64,000 nt of DNA, from NCBI GenBank assembly GCA_023920165.1, contig CP089278.1:992001-1056000 (forward strand). The letters run 5' to 3'. The position numbers and the translations under genes are program-made. This DNA comes from Curvularia clavata (Eukaryota). This document shows positions 27,216 to 39,953 of this stretch, in pieces (the stretch's first letter is position 1; each line of letters starts with the position of its first letter). The notes under the pieces are model-generated. The model did no database searches. It saw nothing but the letters and a program-made list of their open reading frames with translations, and was not told the DNA's origin.

Positions 27216-27951
27216 TTGGCCATGATTTGTTTGACAGTTGCAAGAAAGGCCTGCAAATAGACGGCCGACACCAAATTAGATTAGATCACTATACCACAGC
27301 ATATAGTGAAGAAAAAGGAGTCAGCAATTAAATTTAGACCCTGCATTACTATCTGTTTTCAAACACGATGTCTGGTGATGTCTGTTTCCAAAGTCTGTTT
27401 CTAACGTTTGAACACCTGTTGCGTCATGTTTTTGCGGGGGTTGGAGTTTTGCAGGGGGTTTAGGATGGCAATTGGCAATGAATGGAAATGCGATGTAGAT
27501 AAGCAATCGGCTTGCTTCGAGGTGGCTCCCAAGGCGGGACTCGGAAGCGCGTTGCAGTACTAGGCGGAAGGCTACGTACTAGTGGATCTGCAACGTCAGC
27601 CTTGCCAGGCCGCCCGCAACATGTGATAATCGTCAGTTCAGCATTGGCCGCGTATGGCCTTTTTAAACATCACGATTGGTGCTGAGTTTTCGCGCCATCT
27701 CTCGAGATTCCCGGGCTTTTCGACTTCCCTTGTTGCTTTCGGTCTCTCGCTCTCCTCCCACCTTTAACATTGGGTAGTCCGTTCATTTTACACATCGCTC
27801 GACAAGAGACCAGGTTGCCGGACTTCTTCCACAGGTACACACAGCCCCATGCCTCGACAATAATTCGCCTCGGACTCCCAAGTCGCACATTCGACCGCTC
27901 GCTCTTATACGGGGAAGAAGAATTGGGAGCAGAAGCTACGTGTCCCGCGCC

Positions 27952-30790
27952 ATGTCGCAGGATACTCGACCAGGCGACTCGCCAGCCCCCGCACTTGCGC
28001 CGGGAGACATGGAAGATGTCCAACTATTCCGGCGGTCACCACACCCCTATCTACGGCACCGGGACGAGATTCGCGGGCAGTCACCCAGCGGAGCCAGCGC
28101 CATGGGCAGTCTGGGGCCACGAAACACAATCCAAAGCACCGGCATTGGCAAGGAGAGCGCAAAGCGCAGAGAAGCCGTATCGCAATCCCCCAGCGAGAGT
28201 GGCACCGAAGCCGACGACGAAGGCTGTAATCTCGTAAAGGCGCTGCCTGCCCCTCCCTTACGACCACACAAGGGCCTTCGTACCGCGCGGCCCCTCGAAG
28301 CAGGCGCATGGGCAAGTCCGCTACTCACACCTACACAAATCGATGATGAAGGCGGCAAGTTCTCCGACGAGTTTGCAAACGGGAGTAATAGGGGGAAGCG
28401 GGAGGGGAGCGTGTACCACACAGACGACGAAGCAAGGGCCGCCAAGCAAAAGTATCTGCAGCGGCGGCGGAACGAGTTAGTAAGGAGAGCGACGGAGACG
28501 GCGTTGCTTGCGGCTATTGGTATACTTGCGGTCCAAGGGTGCGAATGCTGGGGCCAGCTGCTCTCGTGGCATAGAGGTCAGCGCTGTCGCTTTGCAGAGA
28601 GAATGAATGACTGACACGCGAACTTTAGCAGAATTGCTCACGCATGTTGTTGTTATAGCCATGCTACTTGGCTTGTATCCGATACGGCTACTCTATCATT
28701 CATGGAAGAGACATTCACATCTTACGCTCAGACGGAGGATACATGTCCCAGCAGCTTTCGATCCAGCGACTATACTCTATCCGCCAGTGCTACCCGTGCT
28801 AATTGCCATTTCACTCTTTGCGTCGTCGCCGAAGCCTCTGCTGCCGAATATCTTACTCGGACTTGCAGCGCTGCCAGCGAGGATTATTCCTTTTAACCCT
28901 TCGCCGCTGGGATACTCATCGCTGCACTGGTGCATTTCCATCTTACCGTTGATTGCGGCTGAGAATACGGATATCCCGTCCAAGTTGTTGGCAGAGAAGC
29001 CGTATAAACTTAAATTACCGCCGCCACACCAAGGCTTGGATCCAGAGCTCCTCGTCTGCCTGTTCCCGCTGCACCAGGCACTCCTGCCTCCGTTGTACTA
29101 TCTCACTACGACAAGTCTCCTGCCAACAGAACTGCACTTGCTGTCGATTGGGCTCATCAACCTGCTTTTGTTCTCGGACTCACCGCAGGCGACAATCCTC
29201 GCGATTTTGCTGTGGCTGGGCGGACTCGGAGTGTTTGTATTTTGCGGCAAGGTGCTCAAGTGGGGAGTTGCACTTGCACGTATCCCTCGCTGGCGACTCA
29301 GACGTGCCGGCCAGGTGATCCGGGCCCGCCAAAACTTTCTGCAAATACTGAACCAGCGTCTGGGGTCTAGACGTAGCAAGGGAGGTGCTGTGGTGAATAA
29401 GGGCGACAGTGATGCAGACGAGGACACTGCTGTGTTTGATAATGAACACGAAGGCTTCAACATTGGCGGGCTTCAGCCGAGCATCAAGAACATATTCTCT
29501 ACGGGCAGAGCTCAGTCTCATTCGGCTACCGAGACAGCAGACAAGGTCAACAGCAAGGTCGAAGAAAATCACGGGGTCGGGCGCACACGCAGCAATACTA
29601 TGCCTGTTGTCGCAGCTGACAACCATACGTCACCGCATCGGCACTCGCATCGGAAACGGTCGAGATCGATTGCGCAGGCGTACCTGGAACTCACGCCTGC
29701 ACAGGCAACGATGAGAAAGTGGCTTTATGCAGCATACTTTTACCTGGTGGTTGTCGTTTTGATCCTGGGCCCAATCCGGTATGCTGTCAGCAAGTACGCA
29801 TTATATGACCACGAACCGTTTGGATGGGCCATAGGCTACCTCTTTGGCAACATATCCAGCGTCCGGTGGAAGGTGTTTGAATGGAACCTAGAGTGGTGGG
29901 TTCCGCTGCCATCCCGACTGGTTCCTGATGATTTGGCTGGACGAGCGCACGATATGCCAGTGGCAGAACGGATCAGTACGGTGGTACTAGGCGAAGCCAA
30001 CACTCGACTATTACTGTGCATTTACTGCGTGGTCACCATTGTCGCTGGTCTTGTTTCGGTCTTTTCGCTGTCAGCTGTCGTGGAGGTGGACACGCGCCGC
30101 AAGGTGTTTCACGGAACAATGGTGGCCATGCTGCTGCCGACCATCTACGTCGACCCATGTTTCGTTGCGCTGGCTCTTGCGCTTGTACTAGCTATTTTTA
30201 TTCTGCTCGACCTGATCCGCGCGTCGCAGCTTCCACCACTGTCGAAGCCTATTGCTAGATTCCTTACTCCCTATGTGGATGGCCGGGACCTCCGTGGACC
30301 CGTGGTTGTATCGCACATTTTTCTTCTCATCGGCTGCGCCATACCACTGTGGCTGTCACTGGCAGGCGTGGAGCGTACATCAGGAGAACCATGGCAAGAG
30401 TGGGGTGTCAAGAGTCGGGACATTAGCATGGTGTCAGGGGTGGTTTGCGTGGGCATGGGAGATGCAGCAGCCTCGCTCATCGGACGCCGCTACGGACGTC
30501 GCAGATGGCCGTGGGCTGGGGGAAAATCGCTCGAAGGCTCGCTGGCTTTTGCTGTAGCAGTGACTGTTGGGCTTGTGTTTGGCAAGGCATGGCTGTACGC
30601 TGGATGGGGGAGTGGTCAGGCGGCGCCCAAGACAGTGGGGAGGTTCTTGCTGGACGCTGCGATGACGGTGGGCAAAGCAAGTATTTGCGCGGCGGGTGCG
30701 AGTCTGAACGAGGCGGTGCTCACAGGCGGTAACGACAACGTGATCGTGCCGGTAGTGCTGTGGGTGCTTGTGAGAGGTGTCAGGCTGTGA
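27952..30790 (+). CDS. SEC59: Dolichol kinase
   Basis: RRKVFH, DGRDLRGPVVVSHIFLLIGC, GMGDAAASLIGRRYG, KSLEGS, NDN motifs; many TM segments. Intron 28577-28628. Confidence 0.9.
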
Positions 30791-31783
30791 GTGAGGTAGA
30801 GATGTCTGAGGCGGCCGTGTCATGCAAGGTACGGGACTCAGGAGAAGCCAGTTTTTTTTTCCTCTAGCGGCTCAGGTCGATGCGGCTACTTGTACATAGA
30901 TAGAGCGGGAATGCAAGCATCCGTCCACACGGACAGGCGTGTGAAGGTGAGGGGGCTGGAGGGGGGGTGTCAGGCCAAGGGAGGCTTGTTACGTCATGGC
31001 AGTTGAGCAGGCGGACGCTAGCACTAAGTCACAGCAAGCCGTCGACGGTTGCAGCTGGGAGGCCGGCAGGGATGTCGCGGTAAGCGTTGCGATAAGCTGG
31101 TTTCTGGTTGTACTTTGTTGAGCACGACAAATGGCATATGGACATGGCCATGGCATGGCATGCTATGCCATTGCACAGGCGAATGGCGTGCGACGTGGTC
31201 ATGCCGCCAGGCACATGACCGGCCTCCTCTCGCAGCCTGGCGGCAGGCAGCGCAGCGCAGCGCAGAGCTGAGCGTCGACGAGGCAATGTACTCGTGGAGG
31301 GCGCCACGGGGCCGGGCAAAAGAGGGCATACGAGCAGATACATCATCGAGTCATCTCCAGGCTGCTCGTGTTGCGGGCGCAGAGAGGCAGTCCTCGCACG
31401 CGTCGTTATCAGTCCTATCGGGGCGGCGCAGGCGGCGCGCTAAGCCTTGCCCCATGACTTTGAGTCGAGCCTGAGACCCTCCACCCCAAGGCCCGGAGCC
31501 TCTCACCAGCTGCTCGGTCCTCATTTCCCTGCTCCCTTTTCTCTCAAGCCTCTTCTCTCTCCCTACTGCTCGCCGCCCTCAACTCCTGCTCCTGCTGTCG
31601 CTTTCGTCTCAACCCGTTGCCCTAGCAGCTCGCGTCGCCCCATAGCCCGCCACCCTGCGTCTCGCCTCGCGTCCTGTCACCACTATCGATAGCACCGCAA
31701 TCACCACCACCGACACCACCACAACCACCTCCTCCTCGCCGTGCCCACGACACGACAACCTCCCGCCTGCCCAGCCATAGCCC

Positions 31784-31831
31784 ATGTACAACTCGCTCAC
31801 GGCTACCCTGTACCTGCATCTGCGCTGGTAG
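31784..31831 (+). promoter_or_regulatory. Candidate uORF (MYNSLTATLYLHLRW*) in the atg1 5' leader
   Basis: ATG..TAG ending 107 nt before the atg1 ATG, in a C-rich leader. The transcription start is unknown. Confidence 0.45.
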
Positions 31832-31938
31832 CCTCCCTCTGAGCAACCCCGACCACCATCACTCGCCTCAACCTCCCGCAACACACACTCCCACCCTCCA
31901 TCCACGCCGGGCCAGGCAGCACAGCCGGTGCCGCCAAC

Positions 31939-34900
31939 ATGGCTTCACCCAGCTCCCATGCCCCGCGGCGATCGGGCGCATCACCATCCTCCTCTGCTGC
32001 TGCCCCGGGCTCAGAGCAGGTCATCGGCAAGTTCAAGCGCCTGCACCACATTGGCAAAGGCAGCTTCGCCGAAGTCTACCGCGGCATTCACATTGTACGT
32101 TGTCGCCCCTATTGCTGCTGCTCTGGCACGGCGCAGACGAGGAGATTCATTGACAAGGAGATGCATTGCTGACCACACCATTACACAGGAGAAGCGCCAG
32201 TCGGTCGCCATCAAGTCGGTCAACATGAACAAGTTGAACAAGAAGCTCAAGGACAACCTCGTGTCCGAAATCACCATCCTACGCAGTCTCCACCATCCAC
32301 ACATAGTATCGCTCATTGATTGTCAAGAAGCGCCCTCGCGTATGCACATCATCATGGAATTCTGCGAGCTTGGAGACTTGTCGGCCTTCATCAAGAAGCG
32401 CACCGATCTCGTCAACCACCCGCAAACGCAGCGCATGATAGAAAAGTACCCGAACCCTGCGGTGGGCGGTCTGAACGAGGTAGTTGTCCGTCACTTTGCC
32501 AAGCAGATGGCGAGTGCCCTGGAATTCCTTAGGTCCAAGAACTATATCCATCGTGATCTCAAACCACAGAACCTGCTCCTGAATCCCTCGTCCATGTTTT
32601 ACTCGCAAAGTGGGACCCTCGAACGAATGCCTCTTGCTGCTAGCGCAAACTCGTTGATTCCGGCCACAGGCATCGCCTCGCTGCCCATGCTTAAGATTGC
32701 TGATTTCGGTTTTGCTAGGATTCTGCCGACCACTTCGCTGGCGGAAACGCTCTGTGGCTCCCCACTTTACATGGCCCCGGAAATCCTGCGATATGAAAAG
32801 TACGACGCAAAAGCAGACCTCTGGTCCGTAGGTACCGTTCTTTTCGAGATGATGTGCGCTCGCCCTCCGTTCCGAGCCAACAATCACGTCGAGCTCCTGC
32901 GCAAGATTGAAGAGCGGAAAGACCAAGTCCGATTTCCGGAAGGCCTCGTTTGCACCAGGGCCATGAAGAACCTGATCCGCGCCTTGTTGAAGCGCAAGCC
33001 AACTGAACGCATGTCCTACGAGTCCTTCTTTGCAGACACTGTAATCCGTGATGAGATTCCTGGGATGGTGGACGAAGACCTACCTGGATCCATGCAAGCC
33101 TCCGAACGCCTCCAAACGTCTGCGCTAGAACCCCTTGTTGAGCCACCCAGGCAAGCTCAGAAAGCGCCTGTCGAGATGGATCGACCGGCTCCAGAGCATC
33201 ACTACGCTTCATCGCCTAGGCATAGGGCTGGTCTTGGCATGTCACCTCCCTCGCGGCCAAGCTCTCGACCTGTTTCTGGCAATTACTCAAATACTCCACC
33301 ATTACCGGGATCTTTCCGAAGGCCCAGCACTACCCCGATTGATCCCATGGAAGAACGCGCATCCCATCGCGAACATCGACGCCCAGTTCTGCCTAATGTT
33401 TCAACAGCACCAGCACGCACTTCAACTCTGCAAGATCCGACTGCGCCAGGCACAACCGTCAGCCACCGACGCAGATACTCTCGAGAAGAACAGTCGCCCG
33501 CCCCTTCTGGTCTGAAGGAGCATCTCGATCGCGAGCGTATCCCGCAAAGAGCTGAGGCTAACGTACTCCGGGAGGCGGCTGAACGAGCCGCACAGGACAA
33601 CGCCTTGGATGAAGGGTTTGTGTTTGTGGAGAAACGCCGTGTGGAGATTGATGCTCTCGCGGACGAAATCGCCCATAGCCCACAAACACAGCCAGATCGA
33701 CCTCTGCATAGAGATACTACAATGAAGCGGCGATCAACAACCCAAGGCTCGCCTACATCCACTACCGGCGCAGTTCCTTCCAAAGCCATCCAAATTCAAC
33801 AAAAGCCCACCATTACACATCAACGGGCTGGCTCGTACAGCCGACGACAATACCGACCCAGCTTTGAAACAGCCACTTCGGCGATTACCAAGGCCATGAA
33901 TATGGTTAACATCCGAGGGTTGGGTCTCTCACCGCCTACGATGAAAGGCGTCTCGCCGTCACCTCAAGGATACTCAGCCTTCCCAACATACCCCACAGCG
34001 CAAAGCAGTATACTGCTCGTTGGTGATGGCAGCAGGACAGCCAACAAAGACGAGGACTCGTTAGCAGTGCGAAGGATCGAGGATCTCGCGCAGCTCAGCC
34101 ACGTTGTATATGGCTTCGCCGAAGTGAAGTATAGTCAATTGGTTCCTGTTGCACCAAGCGACCCAGCTTTGGGTGACGGGGCCACAGGTGTCGCTCGCAA
34201 GCCAAGCAACGATGTCATCGAGTATGATGAAGAAGATGATGAGCTGACACCTGATACTATACTCATCATCTCTGAAGAAGCATTGGTTCTATTTGTCAAG
34301 ACGTTGGCGATGCTGAACAAGGCCATGGACTTGACCGGAAGCTACTGGAACCGGACTCGCCGTAACAGCGGGCTTGACGGAACCAGCCGCACAAATGCCA
34401 AGCTCGGTCAAGTCGTCTCTTGGATGCGTGATCGGTTCAACGAATGTTGCGTCAAATCCGAGATTGTTGCTCGCAAGCTCAAGCAAGCACAGCAGCAGTT
34501 GCCAGTCGACCACCCCAGCCATCCTCAGAACCAATCCGCAGCATCTGGCTCAGCCACAGCCGTTGGTTCTGCAGAGAACATTCTGCTTACCACTGGTGTC
34601 ACTGCCGAGAAGCTCTTGTACGACCGTTCTCTTGAAATGAGCCGTCAGGCAGCTATCGACGAGCTGACAGGCCACAACCTGGCCGACTGCGACATCAACT
34701 ACTGGACTGCCATCACTATGCTCCAGGCTGTCTTGGAAGAAGAAGAAGACGGACCAAGCAACAAGTCCGAAGCCGAGGAAATCAATGGTCTTGATGGCGA
34801 GGATCGACGGTCGATACAAAAGCGTAAGCATCCTTCTCTTTACAATTAAGCAAAGAATCTCAACTGACTCCATTCTAGTTCTCGAGCAAATGAAGAGCCG

Positions 34901-35021
34901 CCAAAAAGCCCTCAAGAAGAAGCTCGACGCGCTCAAAACTCAGAAACGCTCTTCCATCACGGGTGCTCCTTCGCCTCACTCACTCAGCCGCAACTCGCCT
35001 TCTCCAGCTGCCGCAAAGTGA
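31939..35021 (+). CDS. ATG1: Serine/threonine kinase Atg1
   Basis: [44 protein letters not shown] and an Atg1-type C-terminal region. Introns 32095-32188 and 34824-34878. Confidence 0.96.
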
Positions 35022-35918
35022 GTGCATCAACGGCTGCAAACAAAGCATATTATACATGTCCATGTCAAGTACACACACATGCACGCACACACGCAAACAC
35101 TCCGTCTATCTAGCAGTTGCATTTCATCGGCGCCCTTTTTTTTTCCCTCACCTCTGCATTGAGACACGCGTTCCTTCTCACTCTTATTCTCTGGGTATTC
35201 ACACTTCACAGTTTGGATTTGAAAAAAGAGACAAACCTTGTTTTATTGCTCGTTCTATTCATTTTATCTTTGTTGTTTACATCTCCCCTCTTTCCTTTGG
35301 GGGGCCGCCATGTGATTGGGGGAAGAGGGGGCTTGAGGAGGCGCATGAGAACATGATACCAGGTGTTTTCCTTTTACTATCTCTTTTTTTTCCCTCCGAG
35401 GTCAGATTGAGGCGCGAGCTGCTTTCATTCTTGTTCTTTTTTTTTATTATGTTCGTTTGTCTATGGGGCGGAGTCACTCTACTTATCACTTGCTGCTGCT
35501 ACTTTGGGGAGGGGAATTTTTTTTTTAGGGCTTGCAGGAGTTGAATTTGTTACGGGTGGTGTTTTTTCATCGCGGGGACAAACAGAGCGCAACTTGCATT
35601 TCGACGAGGGAGACTGAGATCTACTAGAGAAACTAGGGTTTGAAGAGGAAAGGATATTTAGGGCGAGTGTCAATTGTTGTTTTTCCTACGCCATGCAACA
35701 CCCAATGGACACGAGTTTGGGGTTTCGTTTTCAAGTAACTATATATGTAGGAATGCAACGTATTGCTATCGCTTGTAAAGAGTTGGAAATCTTTCGGTCT
35801 TTTCTTCTTTTTTTTTCATTACTCTTATGTTATGCAAGACATAGATGACCATATCATCATTTTCTCTCTTTCACTCGATTTTTACAAAACATATTCATAT
35901 CTTCCTTCTTCCCACACA

Positions 35919-37993
35919 TCACGATACAGAGATCGAAATAATCTTAATATCCTCCTCCGGCTTCTCCTTGTACACCTTTGTGTTCTCAATCTTGTGCACG
36001 ACATCCATACCCGCAATGGCGCGTCCGAAAATTGTGTGCTTGTTGTCAAGCCACGGCTGCATTAACATCGTTAGCATCATTACTCTCTTTTTATAATGTA
36101 CTGTACACAGCCATGAAGAGAGAAAAAAACAAGAGAGGAAGAACAATTTGACTTACCGTCTTCTCCGTCGTAATAAAAAACTGACTCCCGTTCGAATTTG
36201 GTCCTGCATTCGCCATGCTCACCGTATACGGCTTGTCATGCTTGAGATTCGAAAACTCATCTGCAAACTCCTTGCCCCAGATGCTCTCGCCGCCCGTGCC
36301 GTCGCCGAGCGGATCGCCAGTCTGAATCATGAATTTGCGGATGACGCGGTGGAAAATAACGTTATTGTAGTAGCCGTTGCGGGCGTGGGTGACAAAGTTC
36401 TCGACAGCTTTGGGGGCTGCGTCGGGGTACAGGCGGATAGTGATGTCGCCGTAGGTCGTGTGTAAGGTGGCAGTGGTGCCTGAGGCTGCGAGAGCCTTAT
36501 CGTCGTTCTTCTTGTTGGCGTTGGCGACGCGTGGTTTTTCATTTTGTACGTCGCGGACGGATTTGGAGACAGTCGAGTCGTTAGTGTACATGTAGAAACG
36601 GACTTTGCCGGAGCCGGTAGTGACGAGCATAGCATCGCGGGCTTCGGCTTCTTGTAGCAGTGGGTTCTCACTTGCTGCCATTTCGACGGTGACAACGCCT
36701 TTCTTCTCGGGTTGGCCTTGGTAGAGGCATAGCCACAGCGGGCGTATCGATTCTTCCTGGCCGTAGAGCTTCACGAGCTTGTTGGTCACTGTGTTGATGA
36801 CTTTGACGCCGTACATGCTGCCATAGAGAATGAAGTTGCCTGTCTCGTCGAAAATGACATTCATGCGACTTCGTAGCAAAGGCTGATCGAGCTCTCGCTC
36901 AACGCCTATCCTTCGCCCAAACTCAATGTCTTCTAGATGCTGGACTGCCGTTCCGGCTTGTTGCATACTCGTCATAGTTTCAATAGACTCGTCGTAGGTC
37001 TTGTGGAGCTTTCCTGTTGCAAAGTCGAAAACGCGGACTTTGCGGTCAGGGAAGGAGAAGGTAGCGAATTGCCTTCCAGTAGGTGAAAGGGTGAGTGAAG
37101 AAGGGACGCATTTTGACTTTTTAAACTCGAACAGGCTGGTCGAGCTCTTCAAAGACCATACATTATCCGGCTTTTCGTAGTTTCCGTTAGGTCTCCAGTA
37201 CTCGATCATACCGCCCTGGTCCACGCTCACAACACAGTCGTAGTCATTGTTGTACGCCATCAGACTAACAGGGGCCCTGTGAATACTCTTCAAAACTTGC
37301 AGCGGTTCCGGGTTTTCGCCTCTTCCATCGTATATGCGTATCCAGCCATTCTCTTCTGAGCTGACAGCTAATTGTGGAAAACTCGTGCCTCGACCATGCA
37401 CCCAGCAAACAGCTAGAGGAGCGTAATCCAAGTTGAGCATAGCCAACAGATCGAATGTGACCACGTCAAAGATCTTGATAGTCTTGTCTACACCTGCAGT
37501 CGCAAAACTGCGGCCGTCGGCGCTCGCGTTGACAGACTTGATCTCACCGCTATGCGCCCGGAACTCCTTGACAAACTCGATGCCTCCAAAGACCTTCTTC
37601 CAGAACTTCACTACGCCATCAATCGAGCTGGTGATCAAGAAATCGGTATGAGGGGTAAAAGTCGTAAAGGAAAGCTGCTCGCGGTGCATGAGCGACTTGG
37701 AATACCGGGTTGCGCCAGGCAGCGCAGCAACGTAGAGCTTTTCATAAGGCAGCTTGCGCTTCTTCTTTTTCGGGGCCGAGGAAGGAAGGGCGGGTCCGAA
37801 GTCGTCGTCATCGTCGGAAGAGGTATCATCTGTAGGATATCGTGTTAGAGAGAATTGCGCGCATGTAACGCGGACTAACAATACCGTCGTGGGCCTGGGC
37901 TGCGGATTCCTTCGCAGGTATGCCGCTGTCAGCTTCCATTTCGGCGCGAGAGCGCTTTGCCTTAGTCGGCGACTGTGATCCGTCCATTTCCAT
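35919..37993 (-). CDS. cyp15: WD40-repeat cyclophilin peptidyl-prolyl isomerase (PPWD1/Cyp15)
   Basis: [11 protein letters not shown] repeats, [33 protein letters not shown]. Introns 37884-37830 and 36156-36057. Confidence 0.94.
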
Positions 37994-38287
37994 TGTGCTG
38001 TAAGAGAAGAACGTAGGCGTGTCAATCCTACATGTCCTCACAGACTCGACCGATGGAGCAGCATTTCGCTAAAGCGCGTTGTCACGTGCATCGAAGCTGA
38101 TCAAAGTCCAAGCTAGTGGCCATACGTCACTCAAGGTACAACACGTGATGCATATCATACAAGGAGAGCGAAACGAAGCTTGGGTAGTTAATATATTATT
38201 TTGCCATGTCATCGTCCCATTCTATCGTTCAAGATGTCCATCGCTCTACCCTCATTACGGCCGTAATGTGACTAATATACTAGCACT

Positions 38288-39572
38288 CTACAACTTTTGG
38301 TAATCGAGCTTGCCCTCCAGCTTCTTCGACTCAGCCATCTTCCGGACTGCCTTGTTGAAATCGTCCTGGTTGATTGAGTCCCGGTAATCCTTGATAGCGA
38401 AAAGGCCACTGGAGCATGTTAGCGTTTTGAACGATATTCCTTCTCAAGTTTTAGCAAAGTACTTACGCTTCTGTGACGACGTTACGCAGATCGGCGCCGT
38501 TGAAGCCGTCACTCATCTTGACAATGCTCTCAAAGTCAATCTCGCCATCTGTGACTACACTGCCAGAGTGAATCTTGAGAATCTCCAGACGTCCCACTTC
38601 GTTGGGTAGAGGGATTTCAAGCTTGCGGTCAAGACGTCCGGCACGAAGTAGAGCGGGATCGAGGGTATCTGGTCGGTTGGTGGCCATGATGATCTTGGTC
38701 TGACCGAGGTAATCGAAACCGTCCAGCTGGTTGAGCAGTTCCATGAGTGTTCGCTGAATCTCACGATCTGCCGACGTTCCTTCGGAGAAACGCCTGCCTC
38801 CAATGGCGTCAATCTCGTCCATGAAGATGATGCAAGGCTCATGCTCCTTTGCATAGCCAAACATTTCGCGGATCAAACGCGCTGACTCTCCAATGTACTT
38901 GTCAACGATAGCTGACGAAACAACCTTGAGGAAGTTTGTCTCCAGACTGCTCGCCACAGCACGAGCTAGCAGTGTCTTTCCGGTACCTGGTGGTCCATAG
39001 AGTAGCACACCCTTCGGTGGCTTTATGCCCACTCGCAGGAACAGCTCGGGGTTCTTCAGCGGCAGCTCGATGACCTCACGAAGCTCACGAATTTGCTCAT
39101 TCAGACCACCAATTCCACCAAAGCTGACCTGACCAGGGTCCTCCAGCGACATGTTGTAGACAAGCGGATCGACTTCGCGGGGCAGCATGCGCATTATGGT
39201 AAGAGTTGTCATATCGAGGGCAACACGAGTTCCTTGCTTGAGCTTTGCCTTGTCGACCTTTGACCGGCATCCGACTACGTAGCGGGGGCCGGATGATGCC
39301 TTTACGATGACTGCACACAAAGTTAGCGGGTGAGGGTGGCGGGGTGTCCGCTAGAACATACATCGCTCTTCATCTAGCTGCTTCAGGACCTCTCCTATTA
39401 TCTGACCCACGCTCTGCAGTGCCTTGATGTTCTCTTCCGATACGTCAAAGTCATGCTGTAGACCTTTTATTTCCAGTCGCAACGCTTTGAGCTTAGCTTC
39501 CCACTCTCTCGACTCGAGCAGCTTGGACTTGTAAGCTTCGAGCGCATGCTCGCGTTCCTGATCGCCACTCAT
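38288..39572 (-). CDS. RPT4: 26S proteasome regulatory ATPase subunit Rpt4
   Basis: [36 protein letters not shown]-terminus [11 protein letters not shown]. Introns 39361-39311 and 38466-38409. Confidence 0.97.
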
Positions 39573-39953
39573 GGTGGGCTATGTATATGAATGGGTAGGA
39601 GGATGGGTAAAGGCGGTACTGCGTAGATACACAGCGGCCGGGTTTGTGGCGGCGGGTACCTCTGCCTGATGAGGGGCGGCCAGGTATCAGGAATCGACTG
39701 ATTCGGAGCTGGAGATCCGAGAGGTGTTGGAAAGCAGAGATGTTATGTAAGTGACGGAGGCGACGACGACGATGACGGCGGAGATGGAGTTAGTGATGTG
39801 CCTCAACGCGGCGGCGGAGCGAGCGCGCTGGAGGTGCACGTGCGCCAAGACCTCCGCGGCGGTCGCAGCTCCCAGTCGGCGTTAGAAAAAAAGTTGGCCG
39901 ACCATTTTTCAGATCGCATCTGGAGAACGGACAAACACATCGCCATCGCCATC

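Noticed and set aside
39798..39953. GTG-initiated N-terminal extension of Rrp9
   Set aside because: Lies in the short RPT4/RRP9 bidirectional promoter; ATG 39954 has good context.
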